NCBI RefSeq assembly: GCF_001194135.2
Contig: NC_068986.1
Span: 46,057,251-46,107,152 of the forward strand
Direction of reading: 5' to 3'
Source of the DNA: Octopus bimaculoides
Lineage: Eukaryota
Length of the DNA stretch: 49,902 nt
Shown here: piece by piece, positions 1-10,654 of the stretch
Position numbering within the stretch: position 1 is the first letter of the stretch
Layout of the letters: every line of letters begins with the position of its first letter
Notes under the pieces: generated by a model
Database searches by the model: none
What the model saw: only the letters and a program-made list of their open reading frames with translations
What the model was told of the DNA's origin: nothing
Program-made: the position numbers and the translations under genes

Positions 1-19
1 TATATACACATACACATAT

Positions 20-234
20 GTGGCCGTCGCCAGTATTGCCTGACTGGCCTTTGTGCCGGTGGCACGTAAAAGCACCCACAATACTCTTGGAGTGGTTGGC
101 ATTAGGAAGGGCATCCAGCTGTAGAAACTCTGCCAAATCAGATTAGAGCTTGGTGTCACCTCCTGGTCCACCAGCCCTCAGTCAAATCGTCCAACCCATG
201 CTAGCATGGAAAGTGGATGTTAAATGATGATGAT
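20..234 (+). mobile_element. 5'-truncated (GAT)n-tailed retroposon (RTE-associated 3' end / SINE-like), copy 1
   Basis: Highly similar to 664-1064 and 23004-23380. Contains ggaagggcatccagctgtagaaac, the palindrome ccatgctagcatgg (196-209) and a tgatgatgat tail. Confidence 0.85.
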
Positions 235-663
235 ATATATATATACTGTTATTTGAAATATAATAGAGTATGAGAAAATATGTTAAGCATGTGAGTATGC
301 ATGAAACATGAAATATACCTTTATATACTGAAATATATAAATCACAAATAGGTGTAACAAAACTATTGATTCTATTATGTATCATGGAATTTTGGAAGCA
401 ATAATGTTGATTTATCAGGATACAAATAGGAGATACTTTTTTACACTTTAACTTGATACAGCCATTGATCTCTGGCCATGCTTATAGAGCAAGTAAAACA
501 AATGAACTCCAATACTTATTTAAAATTTACTACTTATTCTATTGGACTCTTGCAGGAACATAAACACAACAATATCGGTTGTCAAGTGATGGAGGGTCAA
601 ACACAATCACAAGGACACACGTACTTACATGCATGCACACACACACACTCCTTTATTGGACAT

Positions 664-1064
664 GAAACTCGGCTTGCGAAGACCTGTTGGGGCAAACGAA
701 AGTGAAATCATGATGGCACCTGTGCCCAGCTTCGCCTTCCTGGCACGTGTAAGGACATTCGAGCGAGATCGTTGCCAGTGCCGCTGGACTGGCTCCTGTA
801 CAGGTGGCACATAAAATACACCATTTTGAGCGTGGCCATTGCCAGTACTGCCTGACAGGCCTTTGTGCCGGTGGCATGTAAAAGCACTCACTACACTCTT
901 GGAGTAGTTGGTGTTCGGAAGGGCATCCAGCTGTAGAAACTCTGCCAAATCAGATTGGAGCCTGGTGTAGCCATCTGGTTCACCAGTCCTTAGTCAAATC
1001 GTCCAACCCATGCTAGCATGGAAAGCGGATGTTAAAGGATGATGATGATGATGATGATGATGAT
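664..1064 (+). mobile_element. (GAT)n-tailed retroposon, copy 2, with internal ~65-bp subrepeats
   Basis: Same body and tail as copy 1, palindrome at 1008-1021, (GAT)n at 1038-1064. Internal repeated unit of the form gagcg...ttgccagt...gactggc...ggtggcac.taaaa.cac. Confidence 0.85.
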
Positions 1065-1083
1065 TCTCATCAGAGGTGGATAC

Positions 1084-1203
1084 ATCAACGGCCATATCAT
1101 GTTGAATACACCAGTTCTCATCTAATCATTTAAGTTAAGCAATGTTGAGCCTAGTTAGTACTTTGATGAATAACCACTTGGGAAACCTAGGTGCTGTAAA
1201 CAT
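1084..1203 (+). pseudogene. 5S rRNA pseudogene (full length, heavily transition-mutated)
   Basis: 120 nt, atcaacggccatatcatgttgaatacaccagttctcatctaatcatttaagttaagcaatgttgagcctagttagtactttgatgaataaccacttgggaaacctaggtgctgtaaacat. It is colinear with metazoan 5S rRNA (aagttaagc, gttagtactt, ggtgctgta). Differences are mostly C>T or G>A, and no oligo-T terminator follows directly. Confidence 0.9.
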
Positions 1204-1213
1204 CTCACACTTT

Positions 1214-1438
1214 AAGGCAGTGAATTGGCAGAGTTGTTAGCATGTTGGGCGAAATGCTTAGTGGCATTTCATACATCATTACATTCTGAATTCAAATTCC
1301 ACCGAGGTCGACTTTGCTTTTCATCCTTTTGGGGTTGATAAAATAAGTACAAGTTGACTACTGGGGTCAATGTAATTGACTATTTTCCTCCAACCAAATA
1401 TCAGGCCTTGTGCCTATAGTAGAAAGGATTATTATTAT
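1214..1438 (+). mobile_element. tRNA-derived SINE with Meta-domain-like core
   Basis: A-box-like tggcagagttgtt, B-box-like gaattcaaattcc (1288-1300), core tttcatcctttttggggttgataaaataagtac resembling the MetaSINE core, and an (ATT)n tail. Several homologous copies occur in the window. Confidence 0.75.
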
Positions 1439-1739
1439 TGTTGTTGTTGTTGCTGTTGTTGTTAATACAGTACAATATTCTAATAAGCTACTTTACCAAA
1501 AGGTTTAATACAAGCATTGAGGTAACCCCAGTAATCATCAGGAAATGCTAAAAGGATTAAACTATCTATTTCCTGATGATCGATGGGTTTATCTCAAAGT
1601 TTGTATGAAATCAGTTGGCAAGGTGAATTATGAGAATATAATATTGTATTTTATTAATAATATACATACATATGTATATATGTATATTTACGCGTGTGTG
1701 AGTATGTATTTATATGTGCACCCCCACCACACATAAGTA

Positions 1740-1892
1740 CAAAGGGCTTCCACATATTTTCTGTCCACCAAATTCCCATGCAAAGCATTGGTTAACTTGG
1801 GACTATAATAGAAGGCACTTGCCCAAGGTGTCATGTGGTGTGACTGAATCCAAAACCACATGGTTGCACTCTTTATAACTCTACTTGCACCC
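1740..1892 (-). mobile_element. CORE-like tRNA SINE, 5' part
   Basis: The reverse complement contains ggattcagtcac...accttgggcaagtgccttctattatag, homologous to 21578-21975. Confidence 0.75.
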
Positions 1893-2334
1893 ATTCAAAA
1901 ATGAACTGTAAAAAAACATATCCTAAATGTTCAGTATCTTGGGGAATAGGTCCAGTGTGATTTAGATGTTGAGTGACAGCTTATGAAATTATTTAAAAGT
2001 AAAATTTGCTGATTATGAAAAAAAATGCTTGTGTTTTAGGTCATATAAGTTTTTCATTATGTGGAAATGTTATTTCTTTGCAGCTATGTTTTTGCTACTT
2101 CATCTTGTGTTAATCATATATCTCTTTTGTAATTAAAGAACAGGTAGTACCAAATCCAATAAAACTTTCTACAGCTAGTACTGCTGGTTACTTTTTATGT
2201 GAGCTGTATAGGATTTTCTCAAGTGACATAAGTAAATTTATTAATCAAGTACGTGAAAAATAAATAGTTTTAGGTGTAATTTTCATGTTTTACTACCTAC
2301 ATACCTACATACATACATACATACATACATACAT

Positions 2335-2727
2335 TTGTTGTTGTTGTTGATAGCACTCCGTCGCTTACGACGTCGAGGGTTCCAGTCGATCCGATCAATG
2401 GAACAGTCTGCTCATGAAATTAACGTACAAGTGGCTGAGCAATCCACAGGCACGTGTACCCTTAACGTAGTTCTCAGGGATATTCAGCGTGACACAGTGT
2501 GACAAGGCTGGCCCTTTGAAATACAGGTACAACAGAAACAGGAAGAAAGTGTGAAAGAAAGTTGTGGTGGAAGAGTACAGCAGGGTTTGCCACCATCCCC
2601 TGCCAGAGCCTCGTGAAGCTTTAGGTGTTTTTGCTCAATAAACACTCACAACGCCCGGTCTGGGAATCAAAACCGCGATCCTATGACTGCGAGTCTGCTG
2701 CCCTAACCACTGGGCCATTGTGCCTCC
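2335..2727 (-). mobile_element. Near-intact tRNA-derived SINE with (AAC)n tail (possibly an octopus OR-type family)
   Basis: Minus-strand head ggaggcacaatggcccagtggttagggcagcagactcgcagtcataggatcgcggttttgattccc with A and B boxes. Many CpGs are retained, the tail is (AAC)n, and (CATA)n lies on both flanks. The family name is tentative. Confidence 0.85.
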
Positions 2728-3269
2728 ACACATACATACATACATACATACATACATACATACAAACAAACAAACAAATATATGTATATATATGAATATA
2801 TATATGTGTGTGTGTGTGTGTATGTGTGTGCATGTGTGTGTGAACCAAAATAGCAGCAGAATGTTGGAAATGTTGGCTTTGGGATTCAAAAAAATTTTTA
2901 AACTATGTTAAATTATTTGGAATGTCTTTCATTGTAAAGTATCCATCTAAAGAAAACGGTTTCTTTGGAATTGATATAATGTCCTCATTAATCAATTAAA
3001 GGAGTTATTAGAAACAGCTGTAATGGATTGACACATGTCCTTCATTTGTAATTTATTTATATATATATATGAATGCATATAGCCAGGAATTCATACTGAG
3101 TACAACATAAAGATACTGAGATTTTATTATAATCAAGCTTAGGTTATAACTGCATATCATCCAGTGTAATGAAGGAAATAATTCTCAACTTCAAAAATAC
3201 AAACATGCTCTACAATATAGTTTGAATGCTTTTTTTATCCTGCTCGTAAATTCAAACACACATTTGCAT

Positions 3270-4250
3270 GAAACTGAGTGAGGCTCAAATTTCTGCTCCC
3301 TTCAGCTTATAATCTTCCAGAGTATTCCAGAAGTTCAAGACTAGTTGTCCAAGCGAACTTCTGTATACCAACAATCTAGTTCTTGCTGAATGTATATTAG
3401 AATTACAGGAGAAATTCCAGAGAAAATACAGAAGCAAAATCTAGAATCAAAAGACCTCTAAGCAAATTTAGCAAAAACTAAAGTTTTAGTTGGAAAGAAA
3501 GGAATCAGGACCCCATGTATACCAGAGAAATAGATGTGAATGATATTCAGAAAAGGAGTTGAATAGAATATTATTATAGAATAATATTTCTTATGGTGTA
3601 CTTAGGGTAAACTATGAAGATACAGGAGCTGTTGTCAGATCATGGGTAAATGATGAAGAAGGTAGGCTTCGTATATGGTCTGTGTATAGAAGTCAGTAGG
3701 AAGAAAACACATCAAATAAATACTGTCAAATATCTGGAAGGCTCCCTATATGTAACTTGAAACTTCTGCTACCTAATCTGCCATGTTCATTTATCAAAGT
3801 GATGAACAAATCATGGTATTTGTGTAAGAGTTATGATGCTGCTTGGTAGCAAGATGTGAGCTTTGAATGCAGAGAGATAGTAAAAGGTAAAATGAAATGA
3901 AGCAAATATGCTGGATGTGTAATGTTAGTATGCTCAGACACTAATCGCAACTGAGTTGAGAGGGACAATGGATATATAGTAATTAGATGTAATGTGTAAG
4001 GGAGAAGATTGTGCTGGGAAAGTATGTGATAAATATGGAAGATGTTGGTTCTATAAAAGTGCTGAGCTCTCATGTGGGTGGAACCTGAGGAAGGAGAGAA
4101 ACTTAGAAAGACTTGGGATGAAGTGATGAAGTTTGATCTCAAGAAGCTAAAGCTCATGAAGGAAAATACAAATAACTGATGATTAATGGCACATTGTGCT
4201 GGAGAGCTTATACCCACCCAAGTAAGTATGGTAAAATAGACACATAATGT
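3270..4250 (+). mobile_element. Decayed RTE-clade LINE, 3' part of ORF (RT C-terminus) plus tail
   Basis: Broken frames give KFKTSCPSELLYTNNLVLAE (YADD-equivalent), KQNLESKDL*ANLAKTKVLV, MLLGSKM*ALNAE and KTWDEVMKFDLKKLKL, all typical of RTE ORFs. There are many stops, frameshifts and internal deletions. Confidence 0.85.
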
Positions 4251-4874
4251 GTAGTAGTGATAGACGTTGAGATGCATTGTTGGTTTTCACTCAATATATA
4301 CTTGTTAAGTCATCATCTGTTGCCCTATCCTTCTCTTTGTTACCCTCCCAGTTGTCTTCTATCACTGTATTGCATCAGCTGTATAACAAAGGATGACATC
4401 AGATTTGCTCATATTCAATCTCCTCTATGATCACTTTCTTTATTACTAGCCATCATTGTCTCTGTCTCACACTACTCTCTTTCTTATCACCCTCTACTGA
4501 CATCCATCACTCTCCCTGTATCTACCACTCATCCTCTTATCAGGTGATCTCTACAACAATGCTTGACTTCAGCTTCCTTTCCTATAGCAACCATATCTAG
4601 CCTGTTGTGTTTACACTGGGTTGCTGATTTCATTGGAATATTCGACCAGTATTCATAATTTCGAAAAGTGTAGATACTGAATGGTTCTAGTGTGTTTTTG
4701 GTACAACTGTCAGGACATTCGTTGTGTATAGCATTACATTACAAACAGTTGTAGCAACAATGCCATGTCTCATTGTATTTTACAGATATTTTTGGGCAGT
4801 TATTGACACTTTCTATCACAGAATGAGTTTTAAGGCATCCACATCTCTTTTGTTGCATTTAGTAGCTATGTATG

Positions 4875-4905
<31 letters not shown>

Positions 4906-5732
4906 NNNNNNNNNNNNNNNNNNNNNNNNNNNNNNNNNNNNNNNNNNNNNNNNNNNNNNNNNNNNNNNNNNNNNNNNNNNNNNNNNNNNNNNNNNNNNNN
5001 NNNNNNNNNNNNNNNNNNNNNNNNNNNNNNNNNNNNNNNNNNNNNNNNNNNNNNNNNNNNNNNNNNNNNNNNNNNNNNNNNNNNNNNNNNNNNNNNNNNN
5101 NNNNNNNNNNNNNNNNNNNNNNNNNNNNNNNNNNNNNNNNNNNNNNNNNNNNNNNNNNNNNNNNNNNNNNNNNNNNNNNNNNNNNNNNNNNNNNNNNNNN
5201 NNNNNNNNNNNNNNNNNNNNNNNNNNNNNNNNNNNNNNNNNNNNNNNNNNNNNNNNNNNNNNNNNNNNNNNNNNNNNNNNNNNNNNNNNNNNNNNNNNNN
5301 NNNNNNNNNNNNNNNNNNNNNNNNNNNNNNNNNNNNNNNNNNNNNNNNNNNNNNNNNNNNNNNNNNNNNNNNNNNNNNNNNNNNNNNNNNNNNNNNNNNN
5401 NNNNNNNNNNNNNNNNNNNNNNNNNNNNNNNNNNNNNNNNNNNNNNNNNNNNNNNNNNNNNNNNNNNNNNNNNNNNNNNNNNNNNNNNNNNNNNNNNNNN
5501 NNNNNNNNNNNNNNNNNNNNNNNNNNNNNNNNNNNNNNNNNNNNNNNNNNNNNNNNNNNNNNNNNNNNNNNNNNNNNNNNNNNNNNNNNNNNNNNNNNNN
5601 NNNNNNNNNNNNNNNNNNNNNNNNNNNNNNNNNNNNNNNNNNNNNNNNNNNNNNNNNNNNNNNNNNNNNNNNNNNNNNNNNNNNNNNNNNNNNNNNNNNN
5701 NNNNNNNNNNNNNNNNNNNNNNNNNNNNNNNN
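4906..5732. other. Assembly gap flanked by (TA)n
   Basis: N-run with (TA)n on both sides. The other gaps are at 7972-7981, 11180-11515, 31047-31178, 33035-33096, 36143-36439 and 48803-48813. Confidence 1.
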
Positions 5733-7186
5733 ATATATATATATATATATATATAATTTATTGCAACTAAACACTGAGACAAAGAATGTGTTCAAAGTTC
5801 AAATTAGAATTTTCTGTTGATAATGAATGTGAAAATCCATACAATGAAAATGAATAATTTCGTGGAACAGTTTAATATTAACCAAAGATTTAAACTGTCA
5901 CTTAATATTACGAAATATTGCAATATAAATTGTTAGAGGATACAAAAACAGCCAAATTGTTCAATAATCACAATGTAGTTGTTATCATGGCAATATTATA
6001 AGTGAATTACTCTGAGGATTTTCTTTTAATTGTTTGTTACGGATTATAATCATACATGTTTTACTGAGCAATCTATGTTCAATAAATCCCCTCCTGTCCA
6101 GCACTGCTGGGATTGGGGGGCTGCCAGATAACTGAATATTCTGATAATCTGATCATTACCTTTTAAATTACCATAGCATCTTACAAAACTCATTAAAGCT
6201 CTATATATATACATTAGCTTTATCATTAATATTCTGAATATAGTAGAAATGAGAGAAATAAGAAGAAATATAAATATAATTTAAGTAAAGAACAAGCTTC
6301 ATTGATTTAATAGAATACAGCTATTGTAAATGCAATAAAATAAAATTCTGTTCCAAACTTTGAGGAGCAATAATACATTTTTAGATATATTAAAAACTTT
6401 CTTTTAAGGATAATTAATTTAACTCAAATTAACACAAATTCTCTTGATTCTAATTATCATATTTTCTTATATTTTCTTCTGGGTACTAGTTCTTGATAGT
6501 AATGGACACGAAGGAGATTAGTGTAGTAACTTTTAGTTACAAATGTTATATCAAAATGTACGTCAATATTTCAATACACATTAGTAAACTACTAATTACA
6601 TTTGAGAGATGCTCTTCAATACTAAAGCGATAAACAATTTACTCTATTAGTATTCTTGCATAAGATAATTTAAACATAGATGGTTTGCTTACTCGATCTT
6701 TACTTAGAAATGTATTGTAACATCAAATATTTCCATATGCATGAAAATTTCTTGCAGTTCTGTGAATAATAGTCTGAAAAGATTAACAACAATATTCTAT
6801 CTATGAAAATAGGGTGCTACTTTCAGTTTTGTATTCGTTTGTTGTCAAATATTTACTTAGTTATCTCTGTGTTACACATTTGCTTTTAATGGTAAAAGAA
6901 TAATACAAACTCTTTTGTTAGATAATATTTCAGTTTATCTCCTTGACACTTGGATGGATTATGTAGTTCATTTATAAACAGACAAGTATCATATCCATAA
7001 ACTAATAGCTCCCTAAAATGCAGAAAGAAGACAAGTTAGGTTAATCTTCCTAACAGAATTAGATTAAAGTTGTTTCTTTTCGAATTATCATTATCCATGC
7101 CGTGATATTAAAAACCCTAATAAGAAAAGTAATTTCATTATCTTTCTAAAACCTACATTTTTTTATCCTATATGTTGTCATCAGCT

Positions 7187-7282
7187 TATCAAGTTTCTGT
7201 TAATGTCACCTGCTACTGTTTGAATGCTATATCAGTTCCTGTTAATGTCATCTACTATTATTTCAATGCTGTATCAGTTTCT
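7187..7282 (+). repeat. 42-bp minisatellite, ~2.3 copies
   Basis: tgttaatgtca at 7198 and 7240; atcagtt(c/t)ct at 7231 and 7273. Confidence 0.8.
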
Positions 7283-7902
7283 AGTTTTTTCCAGTTAAAA
7301 GTTATTACATCACAATTTAATTTTTCGTTATTTAATTCTAAGAACATAAAAATAGGAAACCTAATACTTTTTAATCATTGTTTTAAATCATTATAAAAAA
7401 TCCAAATATTTTAGTCTTTTATTCATAAAACTCATTAGTCTTCTTATATTTTTGCTTTGCCTTCTCTTTGTGTCAGGGAATTTTTTGTGTAGATTTTGAA
7501 TGTTAAGTATTCTGTAGAGTTGGTTGAGAGAATGAAAGCATAACAGCTGCAGCTGATAACTCTATTATTTAAAGACATAATTCAAAGAAAATACATCTTC
7601 AATAGAAAGAAGTATAGTGAGGAATTCTATAAGAGTTATGAATAGTCAATGTATTTGTATTTGTTAAACATAAACAGATCAAGGAGCAGTACTTATCAAA
7701 ATAAGCATACACATCTATTGTATGGCAGATGAGCATATTTAGTACTTAGTTACATAGGAATACCACATGTACTTGAAAATATGCTGGCATGCTGGTAAAA
7801 TGTAGCTACACCTTTCCTGGTAAAATAAAAAGGAATGAGTGTCTAGCCCAAAGGTCTAGATAATGATAAGAGAAACTCAGGACCAACTGATTAAGTATTA
7901 CA

Positions 7903-7949
<47 letters not shown>

Positions 7950-7965
7950 GAAGAAGAAGAAGAAG
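7903..7965 (+). repeat. Compound (AAT)n(GAA)n microsatellite
   Basis: Read directly from the sequence. Confidence 0.98.
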
Positions 7966-9383
7966 ATATATNNNNNNNNNNTGAAAAGGAATATTGAATG
8001 ATGGCAGATGATATGGAGATATGAAGGGGCTCTTTTAAGTAATGATATTAATTTCATTTTATGATAGATCAAGGGAGAATAGGGAATCATATCTGCAAGC
8101 GTAGAAGCCCCAACCAAATGAACTCCATTTAATTTTTCTGAAATATTGTTAATAATTTTAGAATATTTCTTGGGCTTGGGGCAAGTGTTTAATTAGAAGT
8201 GTGCCTTACATGCTGGATATTAATTTTCCTATTTGTTATTTTTAAAATTATATGAAGTAATATTTATAAACACATAACAATACAGATAACAGAAAATATA
8301 AGAATTTCATTTTCCTCTACTTTTAAGATAAAAGTATCCATATAATAAAACCATCAAAGCCAACACAATAATGTATGGTTGCATTTTCTAAACCCATGTA
8401 ACATGAATTGTTATTACAAATACTCAAGTTAAATGTACTGCCTTTGTTAAACTTATTTCATATGAAATTGTTTACAAATTTTCCATAAAGTTATAAACAT
8501 TTCAGAAAAATCTTTGAATCTGCTTGATACAATGTCAACTTTTTCACATAACACAAACGTCATATTCAACGCTCTATCTCAGTTATTTTATAGCTTTCAT
8601 CAGATCAAACAACTCTTGTTTCATGCTAGTTTGGTATTTTTTTCTTTTTTTACTTTTGTCTTTTTTACTTTTGTATTTTTACTTTTGTCTTATAGGTAAA
8701 CTAACTGTTTTTATAAACAGTTCAAAAGTGTAGTGAAATGTTTTCTTGTGGGGAAGAGGAAAAGTTTTACATATCAAGTAGGATTCTTTGTTAGGCAGTG
8801 ATTTCATCCCACTGTCTCATAACAAATCAGTTTATTTCACTTTTGAATTGATTATACTCTCAAACTGGTAGAGCTGATCAGCACTAATTTCCTTCAATCT
8901 TACTATTTATTCTCTGTTTTTTTGTTTTTTTTTATATTTTCTCCTCTGAGGAAGAACTGCATTTCATTATTCCATATTTTCATTTCTAATTTCTTCATCT
9001 TTTCCATAAATATAGGTTTGTGCTATACATACCTGATGCCCCCAACCCAAGCTATTGTGAATTATTACAATATAAGAACATTTATCTTTCTGGGAGCTTA
9101 CCATCTGTAATCTATAGTCAGAAGCATAGTAGATTTGATTTCTGATTGCTACTTATGCCACTAAAAAACTATGCAACGATAACATAATCTCATTTCTTTT
9201 CTCTCATATACCCAGTGCTTTGTGCCAATTCATTTTGAAAATAGAATATTATTGAGCAGGTTAAATTTAATGTGTGAATGAGTATATTTGTGTGTGCATG
9301 TATTCCTTTCAACCCACTAAGTAAGCAAAGAAAAACAATGAATATTTTAAATATGGATTTCACTAAATTTCTCATACAGAAGT

Positions 9384-9495
9384 GCACACACACACGTGCA
9401 CACACACACACACGTGCCCACACACGTGCACACACACACGTGCACACACACACGTGCACACACACACACACGTGTGCACACATACACGCACACAG
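9384..9495 (+). repeat. (CA)n microsatellite interrupted by six CACGTG motifs
   Basis: CACGTG at 9393, 9411, 9423, 9437, 9451 and 9469. Confidence 0.95.
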
Positions 9496-9519
9496 GCACA
9501 CACACATACAAACTCTCCC

Positions 9520-9556
<37 letters not shown>

Positions 9557-9769
9557 GTAAAAAATTTCCTTGGCTAGAAGCCTGGCTGAGCCTATATCTG
9601 TTATTTAAAAAAAAGTGGTTGCATGTAGTAGTATATCTGGTGTGATATTGCTAGGTTATAAATGATTATAAAATATCTGCTGGTTGTGATATGTGGAGTT
9701 GGTGCACCGTTAAATACTCACCAATAAAATAAATAAGGAATCTCTAAATGGTTATACCGAGCAAAAAAT

Positions 9770-9875
9770 ACAAACAAATCTCCCTCAAATCATACTCTAC
9801 CATCTTCAAAAACAAAGTAAAGGACATATCGTATACTGTAGTCTGAAATGAACTATGTTTGAAGAGCCACGATGG
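9770..9875 (+). mobile_element. Old unclassified interspersed repeat (related copies ~17385-17540 minus, ~30090-30200 plus)
   Basis: Shared motif of the form aaatctccctcaaatca.a..cta...tctt.aaaaa...a.gga. Aligned by eye only. Confidence 0.45.
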
Positions 9876-10654
9876 ACATGGTTTGAATGCCTTTAATCAT
9901 CAGTTTATAATATCAATAACAACCAACCAATACATCTTAGTAAAGCTAATAATGAAATCTGTGAATGAACTGGGGCAAAATATTACCGTGTTCATTTGAA
10001 AGGGATTTCACCTGAATATTCCCATGCCAGACATAATTGTATCAATCATAATTGTATCAATCAAAGAATTTCACTAAATTTCTCATGAGCAAAAAAAAAA
10101 ATAATAAATAAAAAATAAAAAAAAACAATAGCGCTTGCTGTAAAGAAGAAAGTGTCCTATGAATTTAGTTGTGTGAAAGCAATACTGATCGTTACACAAG
10201 AAAGATAGGCAAGTTGATGTAAATGCTGAGACGTTGAATGTGAAAGTAAGAACTGACAACATAAGAAAAATGTCTTTCATAAGAATAGGGCATAGAATAA
10301 GTGAAAAGAAAGTGGAAAAGTAATCATGTTATGTTTAGATCAAACAAGGCCACATGAAAAGTAGTTAGCACAGATCATAGAATATAAGAGACATGTAGGA
10401 AGATGCCACATTAAAGAGTTATTGACTACAGCCAACAAGGAATATTTTACTGTTTTTCTGTTGCTGATCTAGTTAATATTGTTTCCTCTAATCTTCAAGT
10501 GGACTGTCATTTTAGTATAGCATCTGTTCAAGGGAAGAGATATACTTAGTCTCTATGTGAAAATATGCATATATGTACATATCCAAGCACACACACACAC
10601 ACCACACATATATATATATATGCATGTGGTGTGTATGTGTGTATATATCTGTAA

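Noticed and set aside
625-948. Overlapping 61-107 aa ORFs
   Set aside because: They lie within the GC-richer retroposon copy and have no protein motifs.
2655-2727. Functional tRNA gene
   Set aside because: The A and B boxes are present but the acceptor stem is not closed, and the sequence continues into a SINE body and tail.
3831-4277. 148-aa minus-strand ORF
   Set aside because: It is the antisense shadow of the decayed RTE ORF on the plus strand.
4724-5820. Long ORFs of 294-348 aa (also at 11146-11569, 30907-31324, 36033-36511)
   Set aside because: They are open only because they run through N-gaps and (TA)n.
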